Origin: an uncultured Actinomycetota bacterium | GTDB lineage: Bacteria > Actinomycetota > Actinomycetes > Propionibacteriales > Nocardioidaceae | Assembly (NCBI GenBank): GCA_963841625.1 | Contig: CAWJDH010000007.1 | Span: 104,834 to 168,833, forward strand | DNA: 64,000 nucleotides | Direction: 5' to 3' | Shown here: positions 40,231-49,002 of the stretch, one piece after another | Layout: each line of letters starts with the position of its first letter | Position numbering within the stretch: position 1 is the stretch's first letter | The notes under the pieces: model-generated | The model's database searches: none | Told to the model about the DNA's origin: nothing | The model's input: the letters and a program-made list of their open reading frames with translations, nothing else | Program-made: the position numbers and the translations under genes

Positions 40231-42075
40231 TCAGCCGGTCACGTGGTCGAGGTAGCACCAGCGCCAGTCCTCGCCGGGCTCGGCGGACTCGATCACCGGG
40301 TGCCCGGTGTCGCGGAAGTGCGCGTCGGCGTGGCGGCGGGGTGAGGAGTCGCAGCAGGCGACCTTGCCGCAGGTGAGGCACTCGCGCAGCGACACCCACT
40401 TCACGTCGTCGGCCAGGCACTCCTGACATACCGGGTCCTGGGTGGTCTCGACAGCCGGGTACGACGCGAGGTGCTCGCAGTCGTCTCCGGTGCGCCGCGG
40501 GGCGGACCCGGGGACGGCGAGCTCCTCCCGCGCCTGCATGGCCGCGTCGAGCATCGACTCCTCCACGTCGAGCATCGACAGCACCTCGCCCACGACCTCG
40601 GAGGCGACGTTCCCGCTCTTGCGGATCTCCAGGATCCGGGCGCGTTCGGCGCCGAGCATCTCCAGCCGCAGGCGGGCATAGAGCTCGCTGGGCGCCAGCT
40701 GCTCCTCGTGGGTCGCCAGTCGCTCCCAGGCCGCGAAGTTGCGCTCCTCCAGCCGATTGCGGATCAGGTTGGCGACCCCGTGCGGGTCGTCGTACTCGCT
40801 CTGGTCGAGGACCGCGAGGCCGGCCCGGGAAGCCTGCTCGAGCAGCGTGGCGCGAGCCAGCGCATCCTCGGCCGGGTCGACGCCGGTGACCCGGAGGCGG
40901 CGCACCAGCCACGGCAGGGTCAGGCCCTGCAGGAGCAGGGTTCCGGCGACCACGGTGAAGGCGATGAGGAGCAGCACCTCGCGGTAGTCGGTGCCGACGG
41001 GGATGACGAAGGCGGCGGCGAGCGACACCACGCCGCGCATCCCCGCCCAGCCGAGGAGGACCGTGTGGCTCCACGGGCCGGCGTCGCCCCGGACCAGGGT
41101 CCACCGAGCGGTGAACACCCAGACGAACCGCAGCAGGATCACCCCGAGCAGGGCGGCCACGCAGACCAGGACGATCTGGCCGACCGGGGTGCCGCTGTCG
41201 CGGACGCCGTCGAGGATCCAGCGGCACTGCAGCCCGATCAGCAGGAACACGGCGTTCTCGAGCAGGAACGCGATGGTGCGCCAGTTCATCCGGTCGGCGA
41301 TCCGGGACTGGGCGGTCTGCAGGACCGGAGCCCGGTGTCCGAGCAGGAGCCCGGCGATGACAACCGCGAGGACGCCCGAACCGTGGATCTGCTCGGCGGC
41401 GAGATAGGCCACGAACGGCGTGACCAGCGAGATCGCCGAGTCGAGCACCGGGTCGGTCACGTGGCGGCGCATCCAGGCGACGACCAGGTAGGTCAGCACT
41501 CCCAGCAGCACGCCGCCACCCGCCGCGAGCAGGAAGTCGAGCCCGACGTCGAGGAAGGTCACCGCTCCCAACCCGGCCGCGATCGCGGTGCGCAGCGCCA
41601 CGAGGGCGGTCGCGTCGTTGAGCAACGACTCGCCCTCGAGGAGCGTGACGATCCTGCGGGGCAGGCCGAGCCGGCGTCCGATCGACGTGGCAGCGACCGC
41701 GTCGGGCGGGGCGACCACCGCGCCGATGGCGAAGGAGATGGGCCAGGAGATCCCCGGCAGCAGGCCGTGCACGAGCACGCCGATCCCGGCCGTGGTGAAC
41801 ACGACCAGACCCACCGACAGCAGCAGGATCGGGCGCCGGTTCGCGTTGAAGTCCACCAGCGAGGTCTGCAGGGCCGCGGCGTAGAGCAGCGGCGGCAGCA
41901 GCCCGAGGAGTACGACGTCGGGGTGGAGCTGGAGCTCCGGCACCCCCGGGAGGAAGGAGGCTCCGATCCCGGCGGCGATCAGCAGCAGCGGTGCCGGGAT
42001 CCCGAGCCGGCCGGCGAGCGCCGTTCCGGCCAGCACCCCGGCGGCCACGGCCACCAGCAGGAAGGCGATCTCCAC
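40231..42075 (-). CDS. Na+/H+ antiporter (CPA1) with a C-terminal UBP-type zinc finger
   Basis: LLPPLLY, APPDAVA, LEGESLLNDAT, GMRGVVSLAAA; C-terminus CEHL..CQEC..LRECLTCGKVACCDSSPRRHADAH..EPGEDWRWCY. Confidence 0.9.
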   Translation of the reverse strand: MEIAFLLVAVAAGVLAGTALAGRLGIPAPLLLIAAGIGASFLPGVPELQLHPDVVLLGLLPPLLYAAALQTSLVDFNANRRPILLLSVGLVVFTTAGIGVLVHGLLPGISWPISFAIGAVVAPPDAVAATSIGRRLGLPRRIVTLLEGESLLNDATALVALRTAIAAGLGAVTFLDVGLDFLLAAGGGVLLGVLTYLVVAWMRRHVTDPVLDSAISLVTPFVAYLAAEQIHGSGVLAVVIAGLLLGHRAPVLQTAQSRIADRMNWRTIAFLLENAVFLLIGLQCRWILDGVRDSGTPVGQIVLVCVAALLGVILLRFVWVFTARWTLVRGDAGPWSHTVLLGWAGMRGVVSLAAAFVIPVGTDYREVLLLIAFTVVAGTLLLQGLTLPWLVRRLRVTGVDPAEDALARATLLEQASRAGLAVLDQSEYDDPHGVANLIRNRLEERNFAAWERLATHEEQLAPSELYARLRLEMLGAERARILEIRKSGNVASEVVGEVLSMLDVEESMLDAAMQAREELAVPGSAPRRTGDDCEHLASYPAVETTQDPVCQECLADDVKWVSLRECLTCGKVACCDSSPRRHADAHFRDTGHPVIESAEPGEDWRWCYLDHVTG

Positions 42076-42107
42076 GGACCCATTGTGTCGGTCCCTACGA
42101 TGACCGG

Positions 42108-42341
42108 ATGCCGCTGCCCACCAAGGTGGAGATCCGCCGCGCTGCGCCGGCGGACGCGGAGGCCCTCACCCGGCTCCAGCTGGACTGCTGGGACGACGCC
42201 TACACCGGCCTGATGCCTCTGGTGCTCGAGGGCAACGAGCGGGCGATCCGGTTCTACGAGCGGCAGGGCTTCCGGTTCGACGGGGCCGGGCACGACGAAG
42301 AGGAGGGCCGGCACGTCCGGACCGTGTGCGCGACCGGCTGA
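42108..42341 (+). pseudogene. GNAT acetyltransferase with the central core deleted
   Basis: N-terminus IRRAAPADAEAL..WDDAYTGLMP joins directly to C-terminus LVLEGNERAIRFYERQGFRFDG; no acetyl-CoA-binding motif A; 77 aa. Confidence 0.7.
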
Positions 42342-42414
42342 GCGGCGGCCCCGATACTCACCGCCCTGCCCATGGTTCCGGCTTTCAAGGCTCGTCGCTT
42401 GCGCTCCTCGCACC

Positions 42415-44025
42415 TCAACCACCGGAGAGGGCCCGGATCCGGGCGTCCAGCTCGCGCCGGTTGTCGCGCCGCACCGCGACCTCGACCACCTCGATGCCGC
42501 CATTGGGACTGGCGATCGCCTGCTCCAGCTCGGGCAGGGACCCGACCTTCCAGTGGGGGGTCCGGGTCGCGGCGCACAGGCTGGCGAGGTCGACGCCGTG
42601 CGGGGTGCCGAAGAGGCGGTCGTATCGGTCGGCGTACTCCTCGGCGCCCTGCTCCAGCATCGTGAAGATCGAGCCACCGTCGTCGTTGACGACGACGATC
42701 GTCAGGTCCGGGGCGGGTTCGTCCGGTCCGAGTACCAGGCCGTTGGCGTCGTGCAGGAACGTCACGTCCCCCATCAGTGCGAGGCACCGGGTGCTGCGCG
42801 GCCGGCCGAGGGAGGCCCCGATCGCGGACGAGACGGTGCCGTCGATTCCGGAGAGTCCTCGGTTGGCGATGATCTTGCGGCGGTCGCCGACGTTGTACGT
42901 GGGGACCATCAGGTCGAGGTCGCGGATCGGGCTGGAGGCACCGACGAACAGCAGCCCGCCGGGAGGTACGCCGCGGCTCACCGCGCCCGCGACCTCGTGC
43001 GGCGTGATGCCCTCCTCGGCCGCGAGCAGCCGATCGAGGCCCGCGGCAACGTCACGGTCGGCTGCCTGCCACTCCGCGAACCAGCCGGGGTCGGCCGGGG
43101 CCTCGACCTCCAGCCGGTCGAAGGTGACGTCGACCGGGAACGGTCGGTCCGGCCACACCCCCGCCGGAGGCCGCGACCACACCTCGACGTCGTCGCGGGC
43201 CAGCAACCGGGTCACCGGTCGGGAGAGCGTGGGGTGGCCGAGCACCACCACCCTTTCGATCTGTTGTCCCAGAGCGCCGTCGAGCAGCAGCCGGTAGCAG
43301 CGCAGCGCGTGGCCACCCGTGCGCGACCCGCTCGTGGGCTCGGCCAGCAGCGGCCAGTTCGCGTCCTGGGCCAGGACCCGTGCCGGAGGGCCGGCGTCGT
43401 CACCGGCGACGACCACGGTCCGCGGGCCGGCCCCGATGGATATGGTCACCGGGCTCCCCCCGGTGGAGGCGGCTTCCGCCCTGCGCGGCTGCAGATCCCA
43501 GCCCCCGGGCTGGCCGGGGACCAGGGGGTCGTCGAGCCGGACGTTGAGGTGCGTCGGAGCGTGCCCAGCGGTGAGGGCGGTGACGGCGGCCGACCCGCGT
43601 CCGAACGAAGCGCCGACGGCAAGGTCGAGGGTCGGGACCAGGGGCCCGAAGATGCCGAGCTGGTCGGTGGTCTGGTTGGCGCCGGTGCCGCGGAGCCGGG
43701 CCGGCCGGTCGGCGCTCACGACCACGAGCGGGAGCCCGGAGTGGGCGGCCTCGATCACGGCCGGGTGCAGGTTCGCGACAGCGGTGCCCGACGTGCACAC
43801 CACCGCCGCCCGGGCCCCGACGCGGGTGAGCCCGAGGGCGAGGAACCCGGCCGAGCGTTCGTCGACCCGGGTGTGCAGGCGGACCAGGCCGGCCGCGGCG
43901 ACGTCGTACGCCGCGAAGGAGAGCGGCGCGTTGCGTGAACCGGGCGCGAGGACGACCTCGGTCACCCCGGCCTCGACCAGGGCGGCCATCACGAAGCGGG
44001 ACAGCTCGGTCGAGGGGTTGGTCAC
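42415..44025 (-). CDS. menD: SEPHCHC synthase
   Basis: APGSRNAPL, DERSAGFLALG, TSGTAVANL, ANRGLSGIDG, GDVTFLHD..NDDGGSIF. Confidence 0.94.
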   Translation of the reverse strand: MTNPSTELSRFVMAALVEAGVTEVVLAPGSRNAPLSFAAYDVAAAGLVRLHTRVDERSAGFLALGLTRVGARAAVVCTSGTAVANLHPAVIEAAHSGLPLVVVSADRPARLRGTGANQTTDQLGIFGPLVPTLDLAVGASFGRGSAAVTALTAGHAPTHLNVRLDDPLVPGQPGGWDLQPRRAEAASTGGSPVTISIGAGPRTVVVAGDDAGPPARVLAQDANWPLLAEPTSGSRTGGHALRCYRLLLDGALGQQIERVVVLGHPTLSRPVTRLLARDDVEVWSRPPAGVWPDRPFPVDVTFDRLEVEAPADPGWFAEWQAADRDVAAGLDRLLAAEEGITPHEVAGAVSRGVPPGGLLFVGASSPIRDLDLMVPTYNVGDRRKIIANRGLSGIDGTVSSAIGASLGRPRSTRCLALMGDVTFLHDANGLVLGPDEPAPDLTIVVVNDDGGSIFTMLEQGAEEYADRYDRLFGTPHGVDLASLCAATRTPHWKVGSLPELEQAIASPNGGIEVVEVAVRRDNRRELDARIRALSGG

Positions 44026-44975
44026 GAGGGTCGATCCTGCCCGACCGCGCGCACCTCGGCGAGCCTGGCCTCCCACCAGTCCACGCGGTCCGGCGGTGCC
44101 GCGAGCCGGTCGAGCGCAGCTTCGTCCACCGTGGGACGCACGACACGGAGCGCACCGTCCACCGGCAGCAGCGGCGCGACGGCCACGTCGTCAGTGAGCA
44201 GCTGGACGGTCGCCAGCCCGCAGGCGTAGGGCAGTTCCGGCAGCGCCGCGGCCAGGGCAAGGCCGGCCGCGATCCCGACCGACGTCTCCAGGGCGGAGGA
44301 CACCACGACCGGAAGGCCGATGTCCTCGGCGATCCGCAGGCAGGCCGCCACTCCGCCGAGCGGCTGGACCTTCAGCACGGCGACGTCGGCCGCCGCGAGG
44401 TCGCGCACCCGGTAGGGGTCCTCGGCCCGGCGAATCGACTCGTCCGCGGCGATCGGTACGTCGACGGCACGGCGGACCGCGGCCAGCTCCTCGACGGTCG
44501 CGCACGGCTGCTCGACGTACTCCAGGCCGCCCGCCGCCCGCTCCAGCACCCGGACCGCGGCGACCGCCTCGTCGACGTCCCAGCCGCCGTTGACGTCCAC
44601 CCGGATCCGGCCCTTCGGTCCGAGGGCGTCCCGGACGGCCTCGACCCTGGCCTGGTCGTCGCCGAGGGTCTGCCCGGGCTCGGCCACCTTGACCTTGGCT
44701 GTGGTGCAGCCGCCGGCGGCCACGATCTCGTGGGCGCGCTCCACGCCGACCGCAGGCACCGTGACGTTGACGGGCACCCACTCGCGGAGCGGTTCGGGCC
44801 AGTCCCCCGCTGCCGCCTCCTCGGCGCAGCGGAGCCAGGGCTCGGCGACCTCGGGTGGGTACTCCGGGAAGGGGCTCCACTCCCCCCATCCGGTCTGGCC
44901 TCGCAGCAGCACCCCCTCGCGCACCGTGATCCCCCGGAACCGGGTCCGCATCGGGATGGCGAACACGACGCTCAT
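44022..44975 (-). CDS. menC: o-succinylbenzoate synthase
   Basis: RFRGITVREG, KVKVA, RVDVNG, EYVEQP, ADESIR, LKVQPLGG. Confidence 0.93.
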   Translation of the reverse strand: MSVVFAIPMRTRFRGITVREGVLLRGQTGWGEWSPFPEYPPEVAEPWLRCAEEAAAGDWPEPLREWVPVNVTVPAVGVERAHEIVAAGGCTTAKVKVAEPGQTLGDDQARVEAVRDALGPKGRIRVDVNGGWDVDEAVAAVRVLERAAGGLEYVEQPCATVEELAAVRRAVDVPIAADESIRRAEDPYRVRDLAAADVAVLKVQPLGGVAACLRIAEDIGLPVVVSSALETSVGIAAGLALAAALPELPYACGLATVQLLTDDVAVAPLLPVDGALRVVRPTVDEAALDRLAAPPDRVDWWEARLAEVRAVGQDRPS

Positions 44976-45961
44976 GCGAGGTCCTGCAGGGCCATCCGGT
45001 CCACCTTGCCGTTGTCGAGCATCGGCAGCGCGTGGAGTGGCACGATCTCCTGGGGCGCCCACGACCGCGGGTGGGCGCCGGACACCCAGTCCCGGACCTC
45101 CTGCAAGGAGACCGGCCGGGTCGTGACCACGAACGCCACCACTCGCTGCCCCCACTCCTCGTCGGGTACGCCGATCACCTCGGCCGCGGCCAGGTCCGGG
45201 TGGGCGCGCAGCCGCGCCGCGACGGCCGGCAGCGGGACGTTGACGCCCCCGCTGACCACGACGTCGTCGAGCCGGCCGAGGACGCGGAGTCGGCCGTCCT
45301 CGTCGAGGCGGCCCGCGTCTGAGGTGAGGAACCAGCCGTCCACCAGAACCTGGGCGGTCAGCTCCGGGTCGCCGTCGTACCCGTCGAAGAGGGTCGGCCC
45401 GGAGATCCGGATCCGTCCGTCGACGTCCACCTCCAGCTCCACGCCGTCGAGCGGGTAGCCGTCGTAGACGCAGCCGCCTGCGGTCTCCGCCGACCCGTAC
45501 GTCGCCACCACGCGCAGCCCCTCCTCCTCGGCCCGCCCGCGCAGGGCGGGGTCGATCGGGCCGCCCCCGAGCAGGATTGTGTGGACCTCCCGCAGGGCGG
45601 CCACCGACGCCGGGTCGTCGAGCAGCCGGTGCAGCTGGGTCGGCACCAGCGAGGTGAAATCGGCACCCTCCCACCCGTCCAGCACCGGGTCGTGCCCAGC
45701 GACCAGGGACCGGCAGATCACCTGCAGACCGGCGACGTAGGTCGGGGGGAGCGAGAGAGCCCAGCGACCGGACGCGCCCAGCCGCCGCTCCGTCGCGGAG
45801 ACCGAGGCCAGGACCGCCCGCCGTGAGAGCAGCACCCGCTTCGGCATCCCCGTCGAGCCAGACGTCTCGACGACCAGCGGCTCCGGCTCAGCCGGAGCAG
45901 CCAGCCAGGTCCGCAGGCCGCCGACGACCACCCGGGCAGGCGTGCCGACTCCGAAATCCAC
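44972..45961 (-). CDS. menE: o-succinylbenzoate-CoA ligase (short actinobacterial type)
   Basis: TSGSTGMPK, SLVPTQL, TYGSAET, GRLDDVVVSGG, GKVDR; GTG at 45961 preceded by TAGCGT. Confidence 0.9.
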   Translation of the reverse strand: MDFGVGTPARVVVGGLRTWLAAPAEPEPLVVETSGSTGMPKRVLLSRRAVLASVSATERRLGASGRWALSLPPTYVAGLQVICRSLVAGHDPVLDGWEGADFTSLVPTQLHRLLDDPASVAALREVHTILLGGGPIDPALRGRAEEEGLRVVATYGSAETAGGCVYDGYPLDGVELEVDVDGRIRISGPTLFDGYDGDPELTAQVLVDGWFLTSDAGRLDEDGRLRVLGRLDDVVVSGGVNVPLPAVAARLRAHPDLAAAEVIGVPDEEWGQRVVAFVVTTRPVSLQEVRDWVSGAHPRSWAPQEIVPLHALPMLDNGKVDRMALQDLA

Positions 45962-45999
45962 GCGACGAACGCTATCGACCACTGGAACAATTCCCGCCG

Positions 46000-47265
46000 A
46001 TGCCCACCACCACGCCACGCTGGCCCTCCTCGCTGATCCCCGACACGCCGCTGGCGCGCAAGCTCTCGCTCCAGTCGATCCTGTTCGCGATCGGCGAGGG
46101 CGTCTTCCTCACCGGCAGCGCCGTCTTCTTCACCCAGATCGTCGGCCTGACCGCGTTCCAGGTCGGCATCGGCATCACCGTCGGACAGGGCGCCTCGTTC
46201 CTCTTCGCCGTCCCGCTCGGCAAGGTCGCCGACCGGATCGGACCGAAGCGGATGTGGGCCCTCGGGGCATTCGGCGCTGCCGGCCTCTACGCCGTGTGGC
46301 CGTTCGTGGACGGCTTCGCCATGTTCCTCGCCATGATGGTGGTCCTCCAGATCGTCGAGACGGCCGGCCACAGCGGACGCGGCGCCTACACCCTGGACGC
46401 GTTCCCCCGCCAGGAGCGAGTGCGATCGCTCGCCTACATGCGCGCGGCCCTCAACGTGGGGTTCACCCTCGGCGCCCTGATCGGCGGCGTGGCGCTGGCG
46501 TTCAACAACGACGACATCGTCCGGGCGGTCCCGCTGTTCACCGCGGCCGTGCTGGCCCTGAACGCCCTCTACATCACCCGGCTGCCCGACGCGGAGCACG
46601 ACCGCACACCGCCGCAGAGCGAGGAGCTGCTCAACCCCGGGGCCCTGCGCAACCGCGGGTTCGTGTCCCTGATGACGCTCGACGGCGTGCTCGGGACCAA
46701 CCAGGTGCTGCTCAACATCGTGATCCCGCTCTGGCTCGTCGAGGAGACCGACGCGCCGCGGGTGCTGCTCGCGTGGCTGTTCGGCACCAACACCCTGCTG
46801 GCGGTCCTGCTCCAGGTCGCCGCGGCACGGGGGGTGGACTCGGTGGACCGGTCGCTGCGCGCCGCCCGGATCTCGGCGTCGTTCTTCGTGCTGTCCTGCC
46901 TGATCGTCCTGGTCACCCACGACACTCTGGGCTGGGTGACCATCGCCCTGGTCTGGCTCGGGCACGTGACGGTCACCGGTGCGGAGCTCTACCAGTCGGC
47001 CGCGAGCTGGGGCTACCAGTCGGAGCTCTCCGACCCCGATCGCCGCGGCGAGTACCAGGGCGCTGCTCACATCGGCCACACGCTCGGGTCGGTCTGGGCG
47101 CCCGCGCTCTACACCTTCCTCGCCATGGAGTGGGGTACGCCGGGATGGCTGGTCATCGGCGGCATCGTCGTCGTGGCCACGGTCGCGATGCGGCCGTCGG
47201 CCCGAGCCGCCGAGCGCTTCCTCCAGCGGGACGCGACGCCGGGCCGCGTGGCCGACCCTGCTTGA
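46000..47265 (+). CDS. MFS transporter
   Basis: About 12 hydrophobic segments; motif A GKVADRIGPKR. Confidence 0.88.
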   Translation: MPTTTPRWPSSLIPDTPLARKLSLQSILFAIGEGVFLTGSAVFFTQIVGLTAFQVGIGITVGQGASFLFAVPLGKVADRIGPKRMWALGAFGAAGLYAVWPFVDGFAMFLAMMVVLQIVETAGHSGRGAYTLDAFPRQERVRSLAYMRAALNVGFTLGALIGGVALAFNNDDIVRAVPLFTAAVLALNALYITRLPDAEHDRTPPQSEELLNPGALRNRGFVSLMTLDGVLGTNQVLLNIVIPLWLVEETDAPRVLLAWLFGTNTLLAVLLQVAAARGVDSVDRSLRAARISASFFVLSCLIVLVTHDTLGWVTIALVWLGHVTVTGAELYQSAASWGYQSELSDPDRRGEYQGAAHIGHTLGSVWAPALYTFLAMEWGTPGWLVIGGIVVVATVAMRPSARAAERFLQRDATPGRVADPA

Positions 47266-47273
47266 ATCTCCCG

Positions 47274-48152
47274 GTGGCCACCCCCGCCCAATGGCTTGCC
47301 GGTGCGCGGCCGCGCACCCTGCCCGCCGCCCTCGCCCCCGTGCTCGCCGGCACCGGCGTCGCGGTGTACGTCGACGGCGCGGTCTGGTGGAAAGCGGCAC
47401 TCGCGCTCCTGGTCAGCCTGGCCCTGCAGGTCGGCGTCAACTACGCCAACGACTACTCCGACGGGGTGCGCGGGACCGACACTGACCGGGTCGGCCCCAT
47501 GCGGCTGGTCGGCTCCGGAACGGCAGCGCCCGGTTCGGTGAAGGCAGCGGCGTTCGCCGCCTTCGGCGTCGCGGCGGTCGCCGGACTGGTCCTCGCCGTC
47601 ACGACCGCCTGGTGGCTGGTCGCTGTCGGGCTGGCCTGCATCGTGGCGGCATGGTTCTACACCGGTGGAACCCGCCCCTACGGCTACGCCGGGCTGGGCG
47701 AGGTCATGGTCTTCGTGTTCTTCGGGCTGGTCGCGGTGGTCGGGACGACGTACGTCCAGACGGAGACCTTCGAGCTGGCTGCCCTGTGCGCCGCAGCCGG
47801 CATCGGCGCCCTGGCCTGCGCGATCCTGGTCGCCAACAACCTGCGCGACATCCCCACCGACCGCGAGGCCGGCAAGCGCACTCTCGCCGTGCGCCTGGGC
47901 GACAGCACCACGCGGCAGGTGTACGCCGGGCTGGTCCTGGCCGCGATCGTGGCCTGCCTCGCCGTCGCGGCCCTGACCACGTGGTGGGCCGTGCTGGCTC
48001 TCGCGTACGCCGCCACCGCGGCTCCCGCGGCCCGGGCCGTGCTCGAGGGTGCGGACGGGCCGGAGCTGATCCCGGTCCTGCAGCAGACCGGGGTGGCTGA
48101 GCTGGTGTTCGGCGTCGGACTGTTCTTCGGCCTGGTCGTCGGCCAGGCCTGA
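47274..48152 (+). CDS. menA: 1,4-dihydroxy-2-naphthoate polyprenyltransferase
   Basis: GARPRTL, NYANDYSDGVRGTD, NNLRDIPTD..GKRTLAVRLG. Confidence 0.94.
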   Translation: MATPAQWLAGARPRTLPAALAPVLAGTGVAVYVDGAVWWKAALALLVSLALQVGVNYANDYSDGVRGTDTDRVGPMRLVGSGTAAPGSVKAAAFAAFGVAAVAGLVLAVTTAWWLVAVGLACIVAAWFYTGGTRPYGYAGLGEVMVFVFFGLVAVVGTTYVQTETFELAALCAAAGIGALACAILVANNLRDIPTDREAGKRTLAVRLGDSTTRQVYAGLVLAAIVACLAVAALTTWWAVLALAYAATAAPAARAVLEGADGPELIPVLQQTGVAELVFGVGLFFGLVVGQA

Positions 48153-48223
48153 GGGCGGTTGCTGACCGAACTCCGGGCTGATTTCGCCGGGGTGCTGACA
48201 CGCGTGCTCGCGCCGACACCGAC

Positions 48224-48892
48224 TCAGCTGGCGTGCCGAACCCGGAGCCAGGTTTGCGAGCCGAAGTTGATCACCCGGTTCCGCACCTCACGAACCACCA
48301 GCCCGCGCGACTCGCAGGCCTTGGTGATCCACTCGAAGCTGTGGGCGATGGTGCCGGACTCCTCCGACTCGTGGCTCAACCCCACCCATTCGCTGCCTTC
48401 GTAGTCGGGGCGCCTGGCCGAGGCAGGAAAGTAGGAGGTCAGGAAGGTCGCGTCTGGCGCTGACGTCGCGACGAAGCCGTCAAGCATCGCCTCGATCTGG
48501 GACTTCGACGCGTGGCTCCAGATGGACCGCGCCACGTAGAAGTCGAATCGCTGGTCGAAGTCTGTCATCGAGAAGTCGTCGCGGTGCGAGAAGGTCGGCC
48601 GCTTGGCGGCGACGATCTCGGGGCCGAGGAGGACCTCGACGCCAGCCTCCAGCATCGCGCGGTTGGGCTCGATGCCGAAGTAACAACCTGGGTCCAGGAG
48701 CCGGATCAGCCAGTGGCCCGCGCGCAGTGAGCCGCAGCCGATGTCGAGCACCTTGGAGTCGAGATTCAGACCGTGGTGCAGCAGGGCCATGGTCTGCTTG
48801 CGGCCGGCGGCGGCGAAGCGGTGAGGTGGCCCGCCAAGGAAGATCCCGCGGGCTGCCAGCTCCTCGGCAGCTCGATCAAGCGAATGCGACAT
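48224..48892 (-). CDS. Class I SAM-dependent methyltransferase
   Basis: VLDIGCGSLRAG, YFGIEP, FDFYVARSIWSH. Confidence 0.85.
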   Translation of the reverse strand: MSHSLDRAAEELAARGIFLGGPPHRFAAAGRKQTMALLHHGLNLDSKVLDIGCGSLRAGHWLIRLLDPGCYFGIEPNRAMLEAGVEVLLGPEIVAAKRPTFSHRDDFSMTDFDQRFDFYVARSIWSHASKSQIEAMLDGFVATSAPDATFLTSYFPASARRPDYEGSEWVGLSHESEESGTIAHSFEWITKACESRGLVVREVRNRVINFGSQTWLRVRHAS

Positions 48893-49002
48893 GGGGTGAC
48901 CCTTGCTCCAATGGGGACTGGTTGCGAACGATCCGCGTACAGGGTGCCACAGCGCTTCGGGCACGAGGTGACGCGATGGGGCTGGCCGCGGACCCGGGTC
49001 AC

